DNA of 64,000 nt from Corallochytrium limacisporum Hawaii (taxonomy: Eukaryota > Protista > Pluriformea). The DNA lies in the NCBI GenBank assembly GCA_002811645.1, contig PDIP01000003.1, positions 248,001 through 312,000 on the forward strand, read 5' to 3'. The notes beneath the pieces are model-generated. The model saw only the letters and a program-made list of their open reading frames with translations, was not told the origin of the DNA and ran no database searches. Numbering within the stretch: position 1 is the stretch's first letter; the number at the start of each line of letters is the position of its first letter. Below are positions 41,715-51,252 of this stretch, piece after piece. The translations under genes and the position numbers were made by a program.

Positions 41715-43811
41715 ATGCCGTGGCCGTTCACCAAGAGCGCGGCTCGCGACGACGAGAGCGTCAGCGCTCTGTCCATCGTGTCGACCGCAAAGACAGGAAA
41801 GGCCAATTTTGTTAAGGTTACGATCAAGTCCGGTGAAATTCTCACCCATGATTCGCGTATGGCCGACTACGAGTTCTCCGAACCTTTCGTTGAGTTCACT
41901 ATTACAGAACCCGTAGACTTTGCACAGACGGAGCCAGGTGGCATCCATGCACGCCGGATTACATGGCGCAAAGCGCAGGTGAAGTTCGAGCTCGACAATC
42001 TGTGCAGCCAGGAAATTCGCTGCCAACTGTTTGTCACTCGCAAGCACAAGGAAAGTGGCGAAGAGGATGAGTTCCTCGCCGGTATGGGTAAGTTTGTTGT
42101 ACGCCCTTTACGCTATCAGCAAGACCAGCAGGAAGTGCTGTTGTACGGTGGTGATGTGGAAGATCAGGGGGGTATGCAAACTGGGTTCACCAAACGCCCG
42201 GCCAAAATGAAGAAGCAGACAATGGGTACGCTCGCCAGACGGAATCAATCATCGGTGGCAGTGGCTCGTTTGATGGTTGAGCTGAAGGTCTCTCGAATCA
42301 ATGGCTTTGAGAAGAATATGTCTGATGCGGAGAAGATGGAATTTGACGCGATAATCAAGGAGCGCCAAGATCAGCACTACCGTCGTTTGGAGCAGCTGCG
42401 CAAGGAAGAGCAGAACCTCAAAGCCAAAATCCACGAACTCAACGCGAACCCAGAGAAGAACAAAGTTTTGATCAAGGACAAAGAAACCCGTCTGGTGCGG
42501 GTGTCAACGATGATTGGCAATCTGTCAGATCTGCTGAAGAAAACTGGGGGACGGGAGTCTCCGGCGCCGGTTACGCGCAAGTCTGCAGTGCGGATTGCGG
42601 AGGAGCCCTCAGCACCCAGTGGTGACTTGCAGGTGGAAATTGCCAAACGCCAGGCTGCAGAAGCACGGGTGGCGGACTTAGAGCGCAAGGTCGCTGATCT
42701 CGAGGCTCGCCTGGCGGCCGCACAGAACGGTGGGGAGGCGCCTCCACCACCTTCAGACTCTGCATTCAAGGACAATGTCGAGCGGCAGCTCCGGGCTCTG
42801 TTGGGATACGTACAGACAGGACAGGTGGGTGCAGAACCCATTAATACCAGCGCCGCTGGCACACCACTGTCCCTTGCAGCAGCAACGGAACGATCTAGTG
42901 GTTCTGGTGCAGACCTTGGTGTCATTTTGGCCAAACTTGAGAATCTCGACAAGCTCGACAATATCATGCGCATGATGTCCTCGGGTGCGGCTGTGATGGC
43001 AGCAGGTGGAGCAATGAATGGAACTTCCATTGGCAACTCCAACCGTACCATGCAAGACATCACGGAGGAAATGGACGAGCTTATGAAGATAGTGGTCGAC
43101 GAGAGCCTGTCCGAGAAAGACCGGGAAGATGCAAATATCAAATTTGAGAAACTCGCCAATGATCTCGACAAGCACCCTGAGTATTTGGCGAAGAAGCGGG
43201 AGGAGCAGCAGAAATGGTTCGAAGAGAACGAGCCGATTAACAAGGCCTGCCGGGAGAAACTAAGCCCATACTGGACCGATGCAGGGATTCAGAAGAGCCA
43301 GGCTTTGGCTATCCGCGCATCCAAACTGCCGGAACTGCGTCTTATTCCCCTTACAGAGCAGGAAATCAGCGTCAAGCATCAAAACGACTATAAGAAATTT
43401 GGTCTGCGTGGGTTATATCTGGACGAAGTCAGGGCCCTCTTCCATGCCCTGCCGGAGTTTAAGCGGGATCAGAAAGTTCAGCAGGCTTTCAAAGAGAGTG
43501 TAAAGAACAAGCTCATGGACATGGTGGGGAGCGGCAAAACGGAAGAGTCTAATTATGACAAGATCATAGCTGACTACGAGAAGAAAAAATCCGTGCCCCC
43601 GCCACGTCCTCCCAAGGATGGCGGAGCACCGCCTCGACCACCTGCTGCGGGAATGCCGCCTCCTCCTCCTCCAGGAGGTATGCCTCCTCCGCCACCACCC
43701 GGTGGCCTGCTAGCTCCAAAGAAGAAAGTCGGTGGTGGCAATGCACAGGCAGATCTGATGGCAGAACTACTGAAAAAGCGACAGCCTCTGAAGGCCGTTG
43801 GAGACGACTGA
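41715..43811 (+). CDS. C2-domain / coiled-coil / polyproline / WH2-like protein
   Basis: N-terminal C2-like strands (VKVTIKSG...EPFVEF...ITW...DEFLAGMGKF), coiled coils, PPPPPPGGMPPPPPP, terminal ADLMAELLKKRQPLKAV. Confidence 0.75.
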   Translation: MPWPFTKSAARDDESVSALSIVSTAKTGKANFVKVTIKSGEILTHDSRMADYEFSEPFVEFTITEPVDFAQTEPGGIHARRITWRKAQVKFELDNLCSQEIRCQLFVTRKHKESGEEDEFLAGMGKFVVRPLRYQQDQQEVLLYGGDVEDQGGMQTGFTKRPAKMKKQTMGTLARRNQSSVAVARLMVELKVSRINGFEKNMSDAEKMEFDAIIKERQDQHYRRLEQLRKEEQNLKAKIHELNANPEKNKVLIKDKETRLVRVSTMIGNLSDLLKKTGGRESPAPVTRKSAVRIAEEPSAPSGDLQVEIAKRQAAEARVADLERKVADLEARLAAAQNGGEAPPPPSDSAFKDNVERQLRALLGYVQTGQVGAEPINTSAAGTPLSLAAATERSSGSGADLGVILAKLENLDKLDNIMRMMSSGAAVMAAGGAMNGTSIGNSNRTMQDITEEMDELMKIVVDESLSEKDREDANIKFEKLANDLDKHPEYLAKKREEQQKWFEENEPINKACREKLSPYWTDAGIQKSQALAIRASKLPELRLIPLTEQEISVKHQNDYKKFGLRGLYLDEVRALFHALPEFKRDQKVQQAFKESVKNKLMDMVGSGKTEESNYDKIIADYEKKKSVPPPRPPKDGGAPPRPPAAGMPPPPPPGGMPPPPPPGGLLAPKKKVGGGNAQADLMAELLKKRQPLKAVGDD

Positions 43812-43995
43812 AAGGATTACTGTATGGTCCCAAACATCTCCCTTCTGCACGGAACTTGTCCTGACAACCTTCAGAATACACACAAGTCAGATCTCACTTA
43901 CGGTCTTAAGTTTACAGCGTTCATTGTATAGAGTTGTGCAAAGTATGAAACCTTCGCGACTACTGGGGTCGTTTTAAGATGATAATCTCATGGAG

Positions 43996-46900
43996 TTATA
44001 CATAGACTTCTTCTTCTTCATCGTCTTCTTCGTTGTCTTCTTGCGTCTGGTACCCACTCGGCACATTAATGGCAAGCTCCGGGACAGACTCCGCCAAGTC
44101 ATCCGCGCCCTTGTCTTTCCTTTCAGGCACATTCTGCTCTGATAACTTGCTAACCATATCCTTGACGCTTAAATCGGTCTCCACCAGTTTGTTCTTCACG
44201 CCGACGCTGAAAGCAGCCTCGTAGTCTCTCATGCTCATCTGAAGACCCTCATGCATTACCTCGTCGAGGGTCTCTTCAAAAGGACGTATGATGGTCGAAA
44301 AGAAAACACTGGCAGTGTCCATGTCCTCGACGTGACTGCCTTTGATGTCATTCAGATTCTGTTGCAGAGTCCAAATGTTCCGCAGCATCCTCTGGATACC
44401 ATGGATGTTGGCCTTTTCGATCTTCCTACCAGCAGATAGCAACATTTGTGTCAGGAGCTGAGCGGAGGATTCAAGCACAAACGCAAAGACTGCTTCGTCG
44501 GCACTGGTGGATAGGGCTTCCTCAAAGATCCAAAAGTCCTTGCACAGTAAGAGAACGACAGGTTGCGGTTGGATTTGATCCTGTTCACACACCAAGTTGC
44601 GCTTGTCCAAAAGTGGCCCTACCCGTTGCACGCAGTGGCAAAGAAGCTCTAACCTCATGGTCGCGAGAGCAGTCTGGGACAACTCCTTTAGGTTCTTGAT
44701 CACGTCTTCAACTCCTGTCTTGCCCTCTGCCTCAGCTTTCTCAATCAATTGAAGACTCTCTCGGCGGTATAGTGGTACCTGGGCATGGAATACTCCCATG
44801 TCTACTTTGTCCAGGACTACTGTGTCCATTTGGTCGGCGAGCCATTTTGACGTCTCAAACACATTGCACATAATTTTCACAGCACCAGAGTCATAGGTAA
44901 CCTTCACATCAACACCCGCGAGGCGCTTGATAAGGTAATCAACTTCTTCCATAACCATGGACTGTTCTTCCTCATCGTCTCTCTCCTGGCCGTCTTCATT
45001 GCCTTCAATGGCTTCCATCCAACTGTACATATTGTAGTATATGCTCTTGATGTTATCGTCATTAGCAAATCGCACAGAATGAATTGGCACAGACGTGCTC
45101 TCTTCGGTCTCCACCCCAATATCATCGATAGCTTTCCAGTACCGAGTGCTGTGATGCAAAGTGGAGTTTAGGAATTCAGTGTAAAATTGTGCGGCATCCG
45201 AGATTATGTGCATAACTTCATCGGTATAAACTGGCAGATCTATCAGCAGATCGCTAGTGAGATCAACAATTTTTCGAACGGCAGCAGCACTTTCAAAAAT
45301 ATGACGTGCTCTGATCCTAGCCTGGATATCGTCGACATCATAGTCCGTGCTCTTCTTCACAACTGCAAGAGCGTCGGCACTAATAGTGATCTTGTTTAAA
45401 TCACCCATGACGATAGTTTTTGTCTGATGCAGATATGTGTCCCGAATAAAAGACCTCAGGAACTTCTGAACATCTCCAGCACCATCTTTGTCAGAATCTC
45501 CCGCGCTCATCATGGTCTCAAAGCCCTGCGCAAATTCAAAGACCGGTTGAAAGATCACTTTGATGAATCCGGGACACGGCGTCACAAGGGTATTATACCT
45601 TGGACCGGCCAGGTTTTGCTGCGACGCCGTGCTGGATATGCCGGCAGCAAATTCACTGTTTGCAAACCGGAAGAGATGCCGGCTGTTGATATGATCAGCC
45701 TTGCCAAACATTCTGCGACCTGTCTCTGAAAATGCCTTGGCAGCGTCATCCAAAAGGACTTCTTCCGTAGTCCCGCTGACAAAGAGCGTGTTGCCTGTGC
45801 CATGGATGCCCAAGTAGTCACGGAGAAGAGTGATTGTCTCCAACTGGATAGCATTCCACACATCCCGAACGCTGTACAGGTCAGGTTCGTCGAGGGAAGA
45901 CAGATTTGTGTTGCTGCGATGCTTCTTTTCCAGTTTGATCGAAAACAATTGCAGCACAAATTCATGATATGATATCACCGTTTTGAATCGTTCGAAGATC
46001 TCATGAAGCAGCTCCAACAGCAGAGCAGCATCGTGCTTGGGATACTGATTTGTGTGAATCGATGCCAAATGAGCTGTTCCATCACGGACAGTTTCGTAGT
46101 TGACATCAACCGATAGGGGGGCGCCCTTCTTGCCCCTCATGTACACTCGGCTACGCCTTCGCATGTCATTTGTTGCTGTGTGGATTAGTGCTGCAAGCTC
46201 AGTCCTCATTTGGGAGCGTATGGAGGCAATGGCGTCTGGGAGTTTACCAAGAATTGCAAGAGATTCCACCATCATTAAAATGAAGTAATCTGGGTTTTCT
46301 TCAGCGCCGCTGGCGAAGCGTTCCTGATAACTGCCGTTCTCCGCCACTTCCAAAATCATCGCCCTATCCGACAGCTGCCCCTGCATTGTCCCGAAGGAAA
46401 CACGACTTGCCCTGGCGTTGATGTTTGCCCTCCGGGCAACTGACTTGCGCTGGCTCAATACTTGAGATCTACTGATATCCGATGCTGAGAGCATCAGCAT
46501 CGTTTGCTTGCCACCCATTCCCGGCAAATTTCTATTGTCCTCCTTTTCCTCGCGGGTTACTGGAAAACCTTGCAATGCCTTGCCGATAGCTTCCGTCGCA
46601 TTATCAACTTGTGGCGCTTTGTGCTTCAGATATAAATGCCGCTGGAGCTCATCAATGAGGGTGTAGTGCAAATTATGGTACCACTGACTCAACTGCCTCC
46701 GCAAGTCACCGAGGCCCGCAACTCCGTCAAGGTCTCCTTCCAAAAGCCTGAGTGCGTTATCTAATGCTTTCGTTGCATGCCAGTAGTGCTTGCGATTCAT
46801 ATAGCTGGTCACGGTGTCTGGTGTCCGTTTCATCTGATCAATTGCTGTTACCAGGCGCAAGACTTCTTTTGCTTCCATTGCACTACTGTATAGACCCTGC

Positions 46901-47235
46901 AAGTTCTCTCTGCGATAAAACATAATCTGTTTCGACTTCTTTAAGTTGTCTTGAATGTTTTTTGCCTCGTTCTGTGAATGACTAATCTGTTGCGAAAGCT
47001 CGCCATATGCCTGTAAAGTCTGATTGAATGATGGAACCTGGTCGGCCACCAAGTCGTCTATTCGAAGGGTTAGATCTCCACATTTTTCTTGTAAATCTGC
47101 TTTGTTTTGTTCCCTTGCATCTAAATTGTGCACTGTCTGCAACGCATGGCGAATATGGAATCCTGGTGTGTATGTTTCGTCGAACCCATAGCGCTCTAGC
47201 ACGTTGGCGCTTCTGTTAGCGCCTCCGTAGCTCAT
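43996..47235 (-). CDS. EXOC4: Exocyst complex component Sec8
   Basis: 1079 aa with an N-terminal coiled coil, HYWHA, LIDELQRHLYLK, NPDYFILMMVESLAILGKL, GIQRMLRNIWTLQQNL. Confidence 0.92.
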   Translation of the reverse strand: MSYGGANRSANVLERYGFDETYTPGFHIRHALQTVHNLDAREQNKADLQEKCGDLTLRIDDLVADQVPSFNQTLQAYGELSQQISHSQNEAKNIQDNLKKSKQIMFYRRENLQGLYSSAMEAKEVLRLVTAIDQMKRTPDTVTSYMNRKHYWHATKALDNALRLLEGDLDGVAGLGDLRRQLSQWYHNLHYTLIDELQRHLYLKHKAPQVDNATEAIGKALQGFPVTREEKEDNRNLPGMGGKQTMLMLSASDISRSQVLSQRKSVARRANINARASRVSFGTMQGQLSDRAMILEVAENGSYQERFASGAEENPDYFILMMVESLAILGKLPDAIASIRSQMRTELAALIHTATNDMRRRSRVYMRGKKGAPLSVDVNYETVRDGTAHLASIHTNQYPKHDAALLLELLHEIFERFKTVISYHEFVLQLFSIKLEKKHRSNTNLSSLDEPDLYSVRDVWNAIQLETITLLRDYLGIHGTGNTLFVSGTTEEVLLDDAAKAFSETGRRMFGKADHINSRHLFRFANSEFAAGISSTASQQNLAGPRYNTLVTPCPGFIKVIFQPVFEFAQGFETMMSAGDSDKDGAGDVQKFLRSFIRDTYLHQTKTIVMGDLNKITISADALAVVKKSTDYDVDDIQARIRARHIFESAAAVRKIVDLTSDLLIDLPVYTDEVMHIISDAAQFYTEFLNSTLHHSTRYWKAIDDIGVETEESTSVPIHSVRFANDDNIKSIYYNMYSWMEAIEGNEDGQERDDEEEQSMVMEEVDYLIKRLAGVDVKVTYDSGAVKIMCNVFETSKWLADQMDTVVLDKVDMGVFHAQVPLYRRESLQLIEKAEAEGKTGVEDVIKNLKELSQTALATMRLELLCHCVQRVGPLLDKRNLVCEQDQIQPQPVVLLLCKDFWIFEEALSTSADEAVFAFVLESSAQLLTQMLLSAGRKIEKANIHGIQRMLRNIWTLQQNLNDIKGSHVEDMDTASVFFSTIIRPFEETLDEVMHEGLQMSMRDYEAAFSVGVKNKLVETDLSVKDMVSKLSEQNVPERKDKGADDLAESVPELAINVPSGYQTQEDNEEDDEEEEVYV

Positions 47236-47463
47236 GGTTGTGTGCTTGTCCAGTTATCCGGCCAACATGAACTGTTAACTATCGATCTGTTATATTTGTA
47301 TACTTTTGGGCATCAGTTGTGGGATTGAGGATAAAGGCTCCACAGCCAAAATACCCGTTCCATTTTCCTGTCCGGTTCACATTCGGACGCGAAAGCACAA
47401 CACACGTATCCCGCAGTCGGATCCTTGACGATATGTACGGTATATAGGGAAAGGAGGCCAGAG

Positions 47464-47482
47464 CCCCCCTCTGGGGGGGGGG
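47464..47482. promoter_or_regulatory. C6-TCT-G10 element upstream of EXOC4
   Basis: About 230 bp upstream of ATG 47235. Confidence 0.45.
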
Positions 47483-47643
47483 AGAGGTGGGAAGAGAAAG
47501 GGGGAAGTGGTGCGCTTGAGCAACTGTACCTGCCAGCCTGGCGCAAAGCTGCAGTGCACCCACTGACAAATTGATATCTGCTCACTACATGTACATGTTT
47601 CTTTATTCGGCGTTCTGCATATGGCGACCTATGCAATATCCAC

Positions 47644-49071
47644 TTAACGGCGGTAGCGAAGACGTTTGAAGCGAAACCAGAGCTGGAAAACTCCGCGATC
47701 GAACTGAGACCGGAAACCGTGTCTCTTGGACTTCAGCCAAATAGCGTTGCGGACGCGGAAGCCAATATCTTGATACGGGTCACCAATACTAAACCTGATG
47801 GTTGCCCAATCAGCGTCTTCAGGATCAGGAGTGATGGTGAATGATGGAGTTTGGGTGCTGCCTTTGAGTAGAGGGTAGAAAATATTGAACTTGTACCCTT
47901 GAATGACTTTAGGTGGTGGATTGTCCCTATCGTAGTGTTTCTTGTTATAAGAATTCCATGTGTATCCCGTGATGACTCGATTGAAGTATCGAGGCTTCTT
48001 GAGGGTTCGCACAGAATCGTTCAAAGCCACTTCTCCTCCAAAGCTGCTGTCATCATTTGTCATGTCCTTCGAAGCGATTGTCACTAGTGACTGATCGCGA
48101 ATATCGTAGTCAGTTCCAGGAGTGAGGGTGATAGCGGATCGCGTACGGTCAGACCGACGATCAGTTGCTGCGCTTGCGACAGCCTGCTGTTGATGAGATA
48201 AAGTCGCAGCATCGACCGATGCAGGTACAGCAGTTGCATCGTCTTCCGCTTCAGCGAAGGGAAAGTCATTAGATTCGCTCTCTGAGCTCCCGGGTGCGGT
48301 CCTCCCGAAGCATTTCTCTCTATATGCTTCCATATAGGATTCATACCATGACACCAAGTGGAATTTGGCTTGTTCACATTTAAGGAATTTGTAAAAGACA
48401 CCCCAATAACCGGGCTGATCGCCTTTCTTTATCTCAAGGACTGCATCCCCAAGGAGTTTGTTGAGCTCCCGGCTTGACTTTCCTTCCACCATCTCTTGCC
48501 AACTTTCAAGCAAATCGTCGTCTACTAAGGTGGTCATTTCCTCATTCTCGTCAAATTTATCTTCAGAAACGTCTTTCTGTTGCGCTAAAGCATCCGCACG
48601 GCTTAATAGGAATGCAGATATGGCTGCCAAGGATTTCCAGTAGTTGCGATGTTTCCCTTGTCGAATTTCCGAGTCAACATCTTGCATGACCTTAACATCA
48701 GATGCAAGATCTTCCAGAGCAGGAAGGTCCAAAGTTTTGAAAATATCATGTGGCACACTACCATGAAAGCCTCCTATTGACGGGTTGTCCATACAGTCGA
48801 CATACTGCAGAAGAAGATCAATAGGCCGAGCTCGACCTCCCTTCAACCTTATCCGGCTGCGCTCAATGGCTTGCTTCAGATGAAATCTCTGCTCATTCGC
48901 GAGATCATCATCCTGATTTGGATCTTGCCTACGATGTCTGGTTTCTTTACCGTACCTGATATCACTTTGACGTTGCTCCCTTTGGCGCTGTGTCTGCTCA
49001 ACTTGAGGTCTATTGTTACGGTACCTGCCCCTGCGAGGACTTCTCGATCTATCTCGAGCTCTTCGAGTCAT
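47644..49071 (-). CDS. CACTIN: Cactin (splicing factor)
   Basis: FHLKQAIERSRIRLKGGRARPIDLL and C-terminal KPRYFNRV.TGY.WNSYNKKHYDRDNPPPKVIQGYKFNIFYP...FKRLRYRR. Confidence 0.93.
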   Translation of the reverse strand: MTRRARDRSRSPRRGRYRNNRPQVEQTQRQREQRQSDIRYGKETRHRRQDPNQDDDLANEQRFHLKQAIERSRIRLKGGRARPIDLLLQYVDCMDNPSIGGFHGSVPHDIFKTLDLPALEDLASDVKVMQDVDSEIRQGKHRNYWKSLAAISAFLLSRADALAQQKDVSEDKFDENEEMTTLVDDDLLESWQEMVEGKSSRELNKLLGDAVLEIKKGDQPGYWGVFYKFLKCEQAKFHLVSWYESYMEAYREKCFGRTAPGSSESESNDFPFAEAEDDATAVPASVDAATLSHQQQAVASAATDRRSDRTRSAITLTPGTDYDIRDQSLVTIASKDMTNDDSSFGGEVALNDSVRTLKKPRYFNRVITGYTWNSYNKKHYDRDNPPPKVIQGYKFNIFYPLLKGSTQTPSFTITPDPEDADWATIRFSIGDPYQDIGFRVRNAIWLKSKRHGFRSQFDRGVFQLWFRFKRLRYRR

Positions 49072-49260
49072 TCCTAGTCGTTGTACTCTTGTGCATCGTT
49101 GCACACCTTGAAGATGTTCATGATTTCATTTGCGTAAGATTGCTCTCCAGGAGTTCTCCGAACTCAGTGTACATACCCATTCCCATATACCAGCCTCAAC
49201 ACTGGCAGTGTGCGCAACACATCCGAACACCCACCCTCCAGTCGGAGACGGCCCCGCTCC

Positions 49261-49278
49261 CCCCTCCCGGGGGAGGGG
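49261..49278. promoter_or_regulatory. Inverted-repeat C/G element CCCCTCCC-GG-GGGAGGGG upstream of cactin
   Basis: Perfect 8-bp inverted repeat about 190 bp upstream of ATG 49071. Confidence 0.45.
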
Positions 49279-49689
49279 TTCCGAACAAGAGTTCGCGCGG
49301 TTTCGACTCTCCTCCCTTGTGACTGTAGCAAAGACATGGCTCGTGGGCACACTGGGAGCTCAAACACAGCCAAAACTCGTTTGTCTTCGTTAGGATTGAA
49401 AGTGTCTCCACGAGACTGCTTTTGAAGATTATGTGAAAGCGAAGCAGTGGCAAACGGTAAGTTTTGAAGCACAGCTATTTGAAATGGATATACTTATTCA
49501 AAAGAAGAAGTAACAAGAATCGCTGTGCCATTTGTCTTTCTTCTTTGAAAGCAGCGGCAACCGAGGTATAAACATGATACCTCGTATCCGTTATGTCACG
49601 TAATAGACATAAATGAGAGCGCGTTGGTCATGGTTTTAGACAAAGAGTTCGCCCAGCACCGATTTGGAGAACACATACGGAAGACATGG

Positions 49690-49990
49690 CTGCTTGCCAG
49701 GGATCTTCGTCCACTTATTCTAAGTGAAACTCTAGGGAAAGTCCTCGAACCAATACGTAGAAAGTACGAGGCCGTAAAGGCCATGAAACCATCCTTGCAC
49801 TCGTTCCTGTTCCGTAAGGAGGTGCTGAGACCTTTGTGGAGCACTTCAGGGTCGTGGCATGTGGTGGTCGTGTTATAGCAAAGTTATTCGGTGGAGGCTG
49901 ATTTATTCGGCTTTAACACAACGGGGCTTACTCGGGCTGTGGTTGTCATTGTGCATCCACATATTTCAATCCTCTCTGTCATTCATGATA
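49690..49990 (+). mobile_element. Decayed non-LTR retrotransposon RT fragment (clearest relic in the window)
   Basis: DLRPLILSETLGKVLE...SLHSF (cf. YRPISLLSTLGKVLE...QHGF). After a frameshift, YSKVIRWRLIYSALTQRGLLGLWLSLCIHIFQ (cf. AFDxVxWxxLxxxLxxxG...xxLIxxIY). Confidence 0.55.
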
Positions 49991-50065
49991 CATGTGCTCT
50001 CAATGAAAGTTGAAATACATCGTTATGTCTATAATGTGATATGAATATGCATATTTTGGACTCTT

Positions 50066-50626
50066 TTAAAGGCGGTTGGCCTTCTTGATCATGGCCATCT
50101 CCACTGCAGCTGTTCCCCAGTCGTCTCCGTGGTTGTGTCCATTTGCAGTCAGACCAGCACGTTCTAGAGCCTGCTCTTCGGTCAGACAAGTGAGAATACC
50201 AAAGATGCAAGGCACACCAGACTCCAGGCCGAGACGCATGATTCCCTGACTGACAGCTTCACAAATGTACTCGAAATGCATGGTGCTACCCTTGATCAGG
50301 CAACCAATGCAAATAATTGCGTCGTAGTCACCCTTCTCAATGAGGGCCTTGGCGGCGTAGGGAATCTCAAAGGATCCACTGACCTCCACAGTCTGGATCA
50401 TGCGCACCCCGGCGGCTTCAAGAGACTTCCTTGCACCAGCAACCAAAGCGTCAATAATCTCTTTGTTCCAACGAGCATGAACAATACCGACCTTCAAACC
50501 AGTTCCATCAGTGTCTCCAAAGGACACGCCTTTCTTGAACACTTTACCCTCGCCACGCTTCATGCCAAATGTAGGAGCAAGGTGTTGGGTGATCCGCTCA
50601 GTCCGCTGTGCAGCGCTGTTCTCCAT
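50066..50626 (-). CDS. RIB4: 6,7-dimethyl-8-ribityllumazine synthase
   Basis: [37 protein letters not shown]...QALERAG, NHGDDWG.AAVEM. Confidence 0.96.
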   Translation of the reverse strand: MENSAAQRTERITQHLAPTFGMKRGEGKVFKKGVSFGDTDGTGLKVGIVHARWNKEIIDALVAGARKSLEAAGVRMIQTVEVSGSFEIPYAAKALIEKGDYDAIICIGCLIKGSTMHFEYICEAVSQGIMRLGLESGVPCIFGILTCLTEEQALERAGLTANGHNHGDDWGTAAVEMAMIKKANRL

Positions 50627-51252
50627 AGTGAATGATCCTTTCTAACTTCTATATCCTACACAATTTACAATTCCTGCAGGTCACCGGGTTCCTTTGCATT
50701 CTTGTACAACTGTACTTTAAGTAGTCAACGCGTACCCTGTGAGTGTGGCAGACAAGGTGCCACCGGCTTCTCGGGAGTGGTTCCATTATGTGTCCGTTTG
50801 CTCACTGGCACTACGCCCCAGTTTTTTGGACGAGGTAATGTGGAGTATCAACAACTCATTTATCATGGCTGGAATTTGTTTAACCCTGGCCCTACCTTTC
50901 ACTCTGCGACCACAATTTTCTCGGGTACACAGGTATCAAGGGGCGCACACAACCTTTCAACTATACTTCATCTTTTGAGCAACTCCTGGCCCGCAGGTGT
51001 TTCGCCAATTATTCACCACCTAATCACGCACGGAATGGAGACGATGTGCTGACGAGGCCCCAGCTGGCACCAGAGTTGCAGAGAAGCCTGAGACCCAGCG
51101 CAAACAATAGAAGCAAAAGGCCCTGCTCGAAGGGGAGTGAGGGTGGTTTGATTCGGGATTTGATTCTAATTGCAAAACGTTGTTCGCGTGTGGAAATCAA
51201 ATCAATACATTTAAGGAAACTACAGTCTATTATATATTGTGCCAAGTCACAA

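Noticed and set aside
50627-51050. FMN riboswitch upstream of RIB4 (and TPP riboswitch upstream of ILVBL)
   Set aside because: Conserved aptamer sequences not found on the relevant strands.
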